Positions 1-11,678 of a stretch of DNA of 64,000 nt are shown here, piece by piece. The DNA comes from Bugula neritina (Eukaryota; Animalia; Bryozoa). The position numbers and the translations under genes were made by a program. The first letter of the stretch is position 1, and every line of letters begins with the position of its first letter. Where the stretch lies: assembly GCA_964035545.1 (NCBI GenBank), contig OZ037765.1:11976698-12040697 (forward strand), in the 5' to 3' direction. The notes beneath the pieces are model-generated. The model ran no database searches. It was not told the origin of the DNA and worked only from the letters and a program-made list of their open reading frames with translations.

Positions 1-3000
1 TCACACAAGACGGTAGGAGATGCTGACGATCTGAGTCTATTGTAACCATGGTAACCAGATTAATTGTGGTGTGCACCAGTTTCACAGCACTCCTCTGGAT
101 GTTAGAAGGTAGAATGTGAGTTCGAATGAGCTGAGTGATCGTTTTAACAAGCTCATTAGACACATCTTTAAGTTCAGTCGACCATGAGTCAGAGGAGATG
201 AGTAAACACCATACTTGGGCTAATGGGTGCAAGGCTGAGATGTTGAATTCATTATTTACGTTCGATTCAGATGATCTAGAGTCTACAAGACAAATACATG
301 CTATTGTGATTTCTATATTCTTGTGAAATCCAACAGCAGACTGCTGAACCATTTCTAATCAAAATAGCAGACTGTTGAAATTTTTAAAACATGTTATTTT
401 GGCTCACCTGTTCTTAAAAAACTTAGAAATTTAAAAAGCTTGAGCTATTTGTGTGTCAAAAACACCTAAATGGGTAAATAAAAGCACCAAGAAACTATTT
501 CTGGCGACAAGAAATCAATAAAATCAAACACTATTCTCCAATACACACCATCGTTGGTAAGTGGAGCCACCCAAGAGCCAGTAACATCCTCTGTAACAAA
601 ACTCATTTTCTTCTGTTGAATCATTCTAGCATCTGAAAGCAGCGCCATGGCCAAGGAGCGAGTAGTGATATCCTCAGGTATCTGATACATTAGCACCTTC
701 CTCCTACATATATACAACATAGTTTGTAAGAAAATATACACAGTATTGATATGGTTATAACATTTCAGGATGTCACCTTTCTAAACAAGAGAGTTTATGT
801 TCAGTCACTTACCCATCAGAGATGAGAAATCTCATCAAACATGAATGACAGCTGATAGATAGCTGACGGTCCATTACAGAGGAAACAGACAAGCTTCGGT
901 TAAATCCTCGACTTCTTTGAGCACTACAGTATTTGTTATTGAGAAAATTGCATTTTGATCTATCACTTGCTAGGGTGTAGTAACATGGAACATAATTATA
1001 TGAGTGATTTTGTACATAATAAGCATAAACAGTATCAATGAGAACCTTATGACAGTTCGAGGTAATAGCAGGAGTAGATGATCAAATGCGCCTTCTGCAG
1101 CCATCTCTCCGGTAGTGAGATACAGTGGACTGCCTAGTCTAGACAATACAGCTACACAACCAGACTGTATAAGAATGATTAACAGAAGGCTGTTGTAGGT
1201 CCACTGTACATCGGCTATCCACAGCGGGCTACAAAATAGGAATGTTTAGTAAATTGACCTTCTAATATAAAACTCATGTGGGTTTATAGTCACCATCCAT
1301 GTGAGAACTCTTGGTGGAAACGATTTTTAAGCAGGCTAAAGACTTATGCATATGTGGCACAGGAGCAATTATAACTGAATGCTCTTTTTAACATCACCAA
1401 TGGCTTTTACTAGAGATCGAACTAAGCCAGTGCTCTGACCCCTAGACCACAGCAGCTTTTAATGCTTTTAAGATGTTAGAACTAACAAATGAGCAGAGCA
1501 CTTATCCATTTAATTTATCTTTCCACACTTTCATGAGAAGAGCTGTTTTAGTCTAAATATGATACAATCACATGATGTTATTATGCAGAAATCAACAACT
1601 TAATAATTTAAGTAAAAAGTTTTTCTAAAAGAACCAAACGGCATATTAATGACAGAAGCTCTTGAAAAAATTTTTGCTGCCAAAACTTATGCAAATACTA
1701 ACAAAGCTCGAGTTTACCAATTCTACTGAATCTTCGTAGCTTAAAAATAAGTGTGCTACACTAATAGGTTTACATTGTTGTCTACATTGAAGATTCTAAA
1801 AAAATGAAACAAGCCATTTCATCTTCTGAGCTCAAATTTGTTATAAAGGAAGTTCAGTATATAAGTGTGTCATCTTTTTACAGATAATATCTTGAAATGA
1901 TTTGAACTAAAATTGGTATACTTAATAAAATTTCTTGGTGCGCTTATAACTTGAGAATAAGAACAATTATATTATAATATAGTTATATAATATATTATAA
2001 TAATATAATAATTATATATATAACAATATAACCCATGACCCACCTGCGACCACTAGCTGGGGAGTTTCGGAGACAATTTAGACTAGAGGAATAAAGCTGA
2101 TTGTGACGAGGGGAGACAAACATGACACACTCATTTCTGACAGACAACTGGTTTATAATCACTGCACATATGGGGATGGTTGGCGCATATCGAACCAAAA
2201 GCAGATCCGGGCTTGGGGTAATGGGAAAGTCACTTGAACCAGCTAACGATTGAGAAAACCATTCCACATGAGGCTGAACTCTAGTAAATAGCAAATATCT
2301 CAATAAATAATAAACAAATTATTTCATATTTGCATCTTAAAACAAAGTTGATTTTAATTTTTTTCCATAGACCACAAAAAATTTATTTCTTAAAAAAATT
2401 AAACTGATTTAAAATGCAAGACAACTACAATACCTTTGAGCAAAGATAGATGGCTCAACCGAAACCTGAGCAGTAGACAGTTGTAAGGCACCAGAGTTGT
2501 CAACAAATGCAACACTGCTAAAAATATCCTGTCAACAAAACAAATGAAAATAAGACTTGGGCCGCTGTGAAGAACATACAACATAAAATTGAAATGTTGT
2601 GTAGGGGGAATCATAAGACCCACCGTCTCATAACTGGCTTGATCACAGGCTACGTCTTCCTCTGTCACAGGTAGAGAGACACTCTCTGGAGAGTCTATAG
2701 TGAACCATCTACCAGACAACCAAGTTATTTTAGGTGGACGCTTCACTTTGACAGGATTGTTCTCGCGTGTCCATAGATATAAAAGAGAAGATTTCTTCAT
2801 AATCATGATTCTAGACACATCTTCTGTGATCAACAGCTGCAATGAATCTCTTGCTAAAACAAGATGATTAGAAATAAACTGGCTAATGATAATAAAACAC
2901 TACATTTCTTTATTGTCTTCTCTTGACAAAAACACAGATATGTTTGCAATTGACAGTAGCAAATAAATTAAGTGCCAGTAATAATGTGAAACAAAAGGTT

Positions 3001-3877
3001 TGGTTGATATTATTTAATACCCACCTTTTAGTTTAAAATCTTCCAATCCATGTATAGCATAGACCACATTTACAGAATAGTCCCAGACAAAAAGATCTCC
3101 GGATTTCTTTAGACCAACCAAGAATTTTCCTATGACATAAAATAATGAACACGTGTTAGAGTAAGTAAGTAAGCAAGTAAGAAATGCAACATTTATAGCT
3201 AATATGCTTGTTGGATAAGTAATATAATGATGCAACACATTTCCCAGCTTCCTTAGCTCATACATATAATATAAACAATTATTATGTTATTATTCTATAA
3301 ATACTTTCCTAAAAACAGCCTGAGTTTTCCCGTTAGGACATGTATTCTAAATCTGAACCAGAATATTTTTGGTTTGTTTTTCAAAATCAAGTTTTGCCTT
3401 TGACCAAGCTTTCAGAAAATAGTTAAGAATAATAGAAGCTCTTATAGCGAAAATTTGATTTTCATATAAGATGTAATAGCACTATGACCTTAGAAAAAAT
3501 TATCTAACCATCATTTGACCGAAATGACTATCTCTAAAAAAACTAGCAATATTCTACCATAGTCATGACAAAACGCAATCTAGCTTATAAATAAGACAAA
3601 GAGATATTTAGATGGTTCTGGTTTAAAGAAATTAAATTGTTAGACAATTACCAGTTTTGCTAACAAACAAAAGGTTGCTCTCAGTAAGCAGCCTCTCTAC
3701 CAATGGATTGTGTTTAGTAACAGAACCATCTGCAACATTTAATAGTCTTGACTTGTGAGAATTCACAAGAATCACATCTTCTGCTTTTCGACCAAACAGT
3801 AGCACAGATGGCCATGTTTGCTTTCCCCTGATGACACAGGAATGTGTTTGGTGAAGTTCTATGTGAGTTACAGGCAT
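1..3877 (-). CDS. CPLANE1: CPLANE1/JBTS17 (C5orf42)-like ciliogenesis and planar polarity effector, N-terminal part; gene continues beyond the left edge
   Basis: Phase-consistent GT-AG exons: 3877-3652, 3129-3025, 2853-2624, 2528-2434, 2280-2044, 1228-1046, 923-813, 703-549, 282-<1. Peptides GKQTWPSVLLFGRKAEDVILV, KSGDLFVWD, LSGRWFTIDSPESVSLPVTEED, WIADVQWTYNSLLL and SISCHSCLMRFLISDG line up in order with remembered vertebrate CPLANE1 motifs (KKPWPRVSWLGKEKEAVFLL, TGELFLWN, LAGRWSQVIPEEAVLLPSTED, WVGDISWTHDSLFL, SIKAHSRLPYLVISDG). An acceptor at 3883-3884 implies an upstream non-coding exon, probably near 4800-5000. Confidence 0.82.
1267..1456 (-). mobile_element. tRNA-derived SINE, degenerate copy (same family as 36002-36220)
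   Basis: Reverse complement shows the TGGTCTAGGGGTCAGAGC head, GCCATTGGTGATGTTA body and TGACTATAAAC..TGAGTTTTAT tail shared with the copies at 36002 and 39241. Lies in a CPLANE1 intron. Confidence 0.85.
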
Positions 3878-4384
3878 ATCTCCTAGAATATCAAGGCATA
3901 CAACTTACAATTTAATACCGTATATAAAGAAAAGTGAATCAATAATATAAAACTTGATAACCCTAGTTACAATGTATTTATTTTATAGGTCTGTAGGTTA
4001 GTAGGCTAATAAATATAAAACAAATTGTAACAAACTACATACTGGTTAAATAACAACTTCAGATAAAATGATACTCTTATAATTCCAAGTTTACTGGGAA
4101 GCTTTATGAGTTTTAAGAATAAGCAGACCACATTAATAAAAACTTTCATGATGAAAAGATATCATATTGAATTCAACTACAATGGATAAAACTGAATAAT
4201 TGAATATTCATAGCTTTGATACTAATCGTTACAAAAAGATCTATTATTATCATTTTGTGATTTAACAATTGATAAACAAATTATAGTTAAAGATTTTGTT
4301 ACATTTTTTAAATTTAATGTTGTGGACACTAACTTTACTAACAAAGTTGAATTAAAATCAAAATTAAATTGATATCCACAATCA

Positions 4385-4745
4385 GTCACTTAAGTCTAAT
4401 AGTAGGTGCATTTACTCTTTAAGTTTAAGTCTAGTAGTAGGTGCATTTACTCTTTAAGTTTAAGTCTAGTAGTAGTACTAGTAGAAGCACTAGCAGCTGC
4501 AATTTGAATTTAAATTTAAGTTTTACTACAATACTACTACTATTTTACTTTCAGTAACTTAGAGTCAGTACAATACAGTGAGTACTACTGGTCACTGGCA
4601 GTAGGAGTACTAGTACTATTAGCAGTAGTACTGCTACACTTCTACGAGTACTAGTACTAGTAGTAGTCTTAGTACTAGTCGGAGTCCGAGTAGAACCAGA
4701 TTGAGATACTGATACTCAATACTGATACTGATACTGATAGGTAAT
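4385..4745. repeat. Low-complexity AGT/ACT triplet-periodic tract containing a ~35-bp tandem duplication
   Basis: Direct repeat aagtcta(a/g)tagtaggtgcatttactctttaagttt occurs twice, followed by agt/act/tactga runs. Confidence 0.8.
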
Positions 4746-7700
4746 TCTAGACCTGTCATCAGTATCTAAATCAGATGTTGTTGCAAAAGGCAAAATAATT
4801 ACCATTACAAAAGAAATCATCAACAGTGGGGTGCAAGCATCACGACTGGCTTTTGATAGTTGGCTACAATAGCTAAAGAAATACTCAAGTAGATAAATCA
4901 ACAGTTTGAAACTGGATTCACATTTTCTTCATAGAAACATGAAAGGTTTAACATCAGCACTAGGTATTTAGGTATTCAAACAAATGTCGTAATTTTTAAT
5001 AGTGCAAGCTTTGTTCGGACTAGCGTCATTTCAACGGCAACATTCCCATTTCATGCATTTTAAGAGCGAAATGAGTACTGAAATGGTAATGTTAGAGTTG
5101 TCTTCCCATTGCGTTTTGGTGCTCGCCAGATGAACGCAAGTTAATAGTTATTATGTCCGACACCTCGTTGTTTGCAATTTGTGTGCAAATATAAATGCGA
5201 GCTATTTACAATCACTGTAGAAAAGTTAACTTTGCAAATTTTTTTGCTAGACCCCCTTCCTAACAGATGATTCATAATAATTTACCAGTTGTTATTGAAT
5301 TTGTAGAGGTTGTGAAGAATTTTACAATGTTGCAACTTATTTATGTACTACAATAGTGATCACTCTTGGGTTACTACTCACATGCAATTTTAAATATGCT
5401 AGGTCTTTTAATAATTTATTTGTGCATTGAGGGATGGGGGGAGGGGGGATAAAAGCATCGCACTACTGAGGAGCCAGTGTAGTTTAGATCAAAACTCAAA
5501 GTGTTGCTTTGACAGCTACAATGGCAGTGATTTGCTAAACCAGTTGATGGGATAAGTATCTGCTATCAAGATGCAGTATCTGCTCAGTTCTCTGCTTTAA
5601 CTATGTAGAAGCAATCTGCTACCATGACCTTATGCAATGATAGATTTCTCATTCCAATAATTTAGAAGCATTGCTTTCCAATCAATGAAAAGAAATTGTC
5701 AACTTCATCAACCTAAAAATAAAGTGCAATTGCTGGTATTATAGTACAATATTCAAATTGTAGACATAAATTTGTTTTAGACCAACTTTGAGCACCATGC
5801 AACTTGTGCTAGAAATGTAACTATATCATATTGACATTTCTACAATATTGCTGATGATTAACACAAAGACTTACTTACTATTCGTTAATAATATGCTTAG
5901 AACATATATTTATCATTGTTATAACTGTGTGTTTTATTTTTTTAGCTCGTGGTTGTTTAGTTTACGAAAAGCTACTACTTGACCTAAAATTATTGTTGTT
6001 GAATGTTTTACATTTTGTATTTGTTATTGTAACCATGTTTGGGTGCTTTCTTACTATAAGACGGTCACCTGGTTTAGCAAACAAGTAGTCAGATTTGAAA
6101 GAAATTTCTGCTTTAAATTAGTTTTCTAATCTGGATGGCAACCCCATGTCAGCATTTATCTTTTTATAAAACATAAAAATAAGAATTTGAGTAGCTAGTT
6201 ATAAACTAAAAGTTTAAAGCTTGCGATGAGAATAGCAAGGTTGTTATTGAGCTATAAGCAAATGAGCCTCATTCAACCAACATTTTCCAATACACTTTCT
6301 ATGATATGTTCAATGTAAGGTAAGAAGAACTCCTTATGTGTTAATAGGCCATCAGGTGTGAAGAATTAAGGTAGGTCCTTATTTTACTTTAATGTCCCCA
6401 GTCTCATGCAACATGTTTACTTTTACCTGCTGCTAAATTTGACAAATAATTGGCCAATCGAAAAACTTGATTGAGTTTATGTTTCAATTATTGTTATCTA
6501 AGAAGCATTATGCATATCTGCATTTGAGTGGCTAACACAAGTTGTTGTTATTTAACAGGTTCTCAGCATAGCAATAATGAGCTCAGGTCATTAAATTCGT
6601 AAAGAAATGGGTCATTTAAAACTGTACTTGGGAACTGGCCTCCATGTTTTATTTCTTGCATACAGTACTATCAATGAATTGCTAATCAGCAACAGTAGCC
6701 AGAATAAATGATGTTTATATAGGATACGCAGCATCCAGGGTAAAAAATGTTTAAAGTTGTTTCAGTGTAGTTGCTTACCATTATAGTTTATAGAGTATCA
6801 CACGATTAATTATAGTTTACAATGAAAATATTAGACTGAGGAAAGTAAATGTATACATGTAAAATATAAAGCATACTCTAGTTAATTCATCTTTTATAGC
6901 CCAGAGCTGCAGAATAAAGGCTACACTGATAAATCTAAACTAGAGCACACTTTCCATAAAATGCATTAATTTCCTGTTTTGAGAACTTTAGGGGATATTT
7001 CCATAGATAGAAGAGCAATATTAATATTTGCACTGCGTGCAATTGAACTTGAGCACACATGTAGAAAATTTCAATCAATATCTGCCAAATGCACTACACG
7101 ATGCTTTAAAACTGGTGACAAGTAATGTAAAGGCATTCAAGTTTTTATCAATTATTGCGTGCCTTTAAATTCTTAAAGCTTTGGAGAATCTCTGCAATTT
7201 TTATTTTTATATATCCTGCAGGAAATCTCAGAAGATCAAATTCGTCACGACTTCTTCATCCGCTCGTTGCATCACATCTTGTGTACTGAGTAGATACATT
7301 GGGGCAAACAGTGCCAAACATTTACTATATACCCACAATGCATTTGAATCAGTAATAATCATGGCTCCACCTTTTAATTATTGCACGAGCTAATCGAGTT
7401 TGTATTGACACAATATTCTACACATAATAAATTATTCCAGTGTTCATTCAATCACTATAAAACAGTGCAGTGAGCGATTGGCCACCAGCTGACTTGGATA
7501 TCTTAAACAAGTCATCATCTTCTTGTTATTGTAAGTATAAGGCAAAAACAAAAATGCTTTATAAGTTTTCGTTTTTGCTCAAAAGTTCTACTCGCTATAT
7601 AAAATATTATGAAATATTATATTGATGGGATTTGCTGTACTGCAAAGAGCTATAATATTTTGACTATTTCATTAAGTTTTCTATTAAAGATAAGAGTTAA

Positions 7701-9033
7701 TAGTTTTATAGTTGAAAGACTATTAAACTAGTATTTAAGCATGCTTTATGACTAGTATAGTCATAAAGCATGCTATAGTTGAACTAAGCTTACAGGTTTA
7801 TATCACAGTTGAACATTACTTGTCAGAAGGGATTGTATAAATTTACATTCAAGAGAGAAAATTTTTCTAATCTTGGTACAATCAAATCTCAACTTCAATG
7901 AATAATAAATCAGTGTTATTGAACAATGTGAGTTATATTGTTTATTTTCTAAATTTAGTTTCAATATGAAGCAATAGTTACAATAATCAGTAGGCATATA
8001 TATAATATTTTGTGGATCGGCAGCTAAAATGACACAGACCTAACCTTTTAGTGTAAAATCTACATAATCTAGCATTATGCTGCATTTTTTGCTGTATAGC
8101 AACAAACATCTATATTTTTACAAAAGGCAAATTCTTAGCTATTGTTTGTCACTGTTTATTATACAGCTCATTGATTAACTTTATATTCTTTTTTTATGCT
8201 CAGTTTCCTTATGAAAAAGAAATCCTTTAATCGTTTGAACCCATTAAATGTGATTAGGGTGATATAAAATTTTAGTTCCATCAATTAGCAATATGACCTA
8301 ATTATTTTTAATTTTGTAAATAAATAATTTAATTTTGTTTAATCATACTATATTGCTAGCAAGTTATTTACCAAACACTAATACCATCAATTATAGGTAA
8401 TTGCATATATTTACATCAAGTGAGTTTTTTATTTTCTAGTTTCGTAGAACATATTTTAGATCAATCGGGAAAGTTTTTACAAAATGTCAGCGCAAAAATA
8501 TACAAATTGAAGAATAATTGATCCAAATACAGCTATATTACATCCCATAAGTTTGCTGTGTTTTTTTGTAAAACTGTATTTACATAAAAATTAGTAGCTG
8601 CAATTACAGATAGAAGCACAAAATAACTTGAATTTTTCAATTTTTCTTTCCTATAAGTTACTAATAAATACCAAAACATGTGATTTATGTTGTTTAGATT
8701 TCATTATTATCTATTTAAATTGTTAATAAATGGTAACCTGCACCTCTTCACTAGAGAAAACCTTCTGGTTAATAGTCATAATGCTTTATGTTGTCATGAC
8801 ATCAGCTAGCTATATCTCACAAAATTACAAGCAAACTTTCAAATAAATCATTAGTTATAAAAAACCTCGAATAATGTACATAAATTCTCTTTATTTAGTT
8901 TTCAAATCTGTTTTTAGGTTCTGCAAACAAAACGCACAAGACTGTTCAATATATTTTGTAGAAACATTCAGCTGTATGTATAGAATCTACACAAACTTGT
9001 TACTCAATTACGTAAAGAAGAAACCTACCGCAT

Positions 9034-11647
9034 ATGGAGTACACAGAGATCTTGTGGATATGTTTTAGCTTAGGTATGTTATATCATCAGCAGTTTTATA
9101 GCTCTGTCCTCAACACACCATCGGTTTCTATAGATCAAACTGGGCATTCACTAATATCAATATACTTCAACTAATTTAGGATTGTTATCTTCACAGTTCA
9201 CAGATGATAATTTAATGTCATATAAGCTTATATGAATATGCAATATTATGACAAATTAAGTTGTGCATGATAGTTTGCCTCTAACAGTTGATTAAATACT
9301 ATTGCTTTGCTAGCTTCTAAATTCTTGATATTTATGCAACTCTAATTTCTCTCTAGTAAATGCTAACATACGTTATTAATTTGACTAAAAAAGTTATCCT
9401 TAAATTTTAGTGGTGCTACAGGCTGTGGCGGACAAGCATGAGAAGAAGTTACTCAAAGATTTGCTTCAGAACTATGAGCGGAGACTCCGCCCAACTACCA
9501 ACAGTACCCAGCCGTTAAATGTGACTTTTGGCCTTTCTCTCGCTCAGCTTATTGATGTGGTATGCAAAAAACACTCAGAATATTTAAAACTTTTATACAT
9601 TCTTGTAAAATTTTTCATCTGGTAAAAATAAGCTTGTATAAGTTGAATTTAGGCATCATTCATTATACGTGTATATTGTGCCATGCGATTGTAAATTGCT
9701 CAATGTATTTAAAAATAAATATGTGTGCCATGTGCCCAATTAACTCACAAGAGTGTAATAATAAATGAAATGTCACGAGTTGAAAATACAACAAAATATA
9801 AAACTGGTAACTTGCTCTTGACATATCAAGTTGAACAGTTTCCATTCACACATTTAATTACTTAGATCTCAATGTTGAAACACACTTCACTACTGGCTAG
9901 TGCGAATGTAGTGTGCTAAGTGTGTGTGTGTATTGCAGCTTTTGCTAAACACTACTCATAAACAATTTATTGACTCAATGCAATCATTAGTCGATATTTC
10001 TACTCTACCCTGAAATTATTCTTAGGTCATATAACCTGAGGGTTGTTTTCACTGTATAGGCCATAGATTTTGTAATCTGTAATGTAATTAAGCTTTGACC
10101 TGTTTAAAGATATATGTTTAATCAAGGTACAGTGATAGCCTATTTGTTTATCACAAGACAAATTACAGAATTTATATTAATATTATTTAGCCTCAGTCAA
10201 AAATATATTGAAGCTATATTGAAACAGGTTATAGGGATCTATATTGAATATTTGCTCACCTATCTTCATGAATATTTTTGTGCAATGAATTTGGCATCTT
10301 TCACAGCTTTATTAAAAGTATCTAGTGAAAGAAAATATTTAAGCTTTTTAATAAAGACATAACTAAAAAGTGAATGCAGCCTCACGTCAGTTTTTGTTGT
10401 TTCACACTAATAAATTCTACTTCCATTATGATATTCACCGTATCTAATGGGTGTATAAAATTAATGCAATGCTAATTACATAGCTAATCCTATTTCCACA
10501 TTTCTTTTTGTTTACATCTGCAAGCTGTTAGATCAAAATACTATTATAGCTGTAATCTGGCAGTTGCTATGGCAGCAATGATCAAACTATAAACTATTAT
10601 ACAAGTTATATTTCAGTAACGCGTAATATAATATGTGATGTGTAATATAATGTGATGTCTAATATAATATGTAATGTATAATATAATATGTTATGTGTAA
10701 TATAATATGCGGTAGGATGAGAAGAACCAAATAATAACTACCAACTGCTGGCTCAATCAGGCATGGCTTGACCTTGACCTAGCCTGGGATCCAAAGCTCT
10801 ACAACGGGATCGAAAATATTCTAATACCACACGATTCCATTTGGTTGCCGGATATACTGCTTTATAACAAGTGCGTAACAGTTCTCAATCTTATTAATAC
10901 AAGATATCTTTGCTTTAAAGACACTTGCACAAACACTCAATTGCATTTACTTAAAAATGACATGTTTTGATTATATCCTCACCTATCTCCGCTTTGTTCT
11001 GTTCGGGCATATTTTGAATAAATACCAAAAGGTTAATACTTATGCAGTTGAAATAAAAGTTGATTGAAATAAACGTTTGATATTTATGTTTATCCAGTGC
11101 TGATGTCGCATCAACTAAAACTTCATCTGTCAGCACCAATGTCATTGTGAGTTATACGGGGAATGTAACGTGGCTGTCAACTGTAATATATAAAAGTTCC
11201 TGCACTATGAATGTCAGGTAGGTTTTTAAATAGAGTCTACATATATTATATAAGCCTAGATGTGCAAAAACAATGTGTTGGAAGATATTTAGGGGTTTGT
11301 GATGCATTGTTTAGAATACTGATGACTATATTATAAAATTACCAAGTAGAATTGACATTATCCCCCAGCAACTTGCTTATGTACTCCGCTGAACAGATAA
11401 ATTGAACCTTGTTATTTTATTTGTAACTGATAAACTGATTATAAGATTGGAATTCCACTTATTTTGCCTAAAGAGATTTTTTTGCATTTATAATACACCA
11501 GTGTTAAGATTGTTTTACGTAATAATTTTGCACAGTGCCTGACCAATGTTGCATTGCTAACCATAATAGGGTTACAACTTACAAATTATAGCAGTTATGT
11601 GCTATAGCTATGCATTTATTATCCTGTGTTAAACAAACACACACACC

Positions 11648-11678
<31 letters not shown>

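Noticed and set aside
42-55. Consensus X-box GTAACCATGGTAAC
   Set aside because: Lies inside a CPLANE1 coding exon ~5 kb from the presumed promoter; explained by codons VTMVT, although a dual role cannot be excluded.
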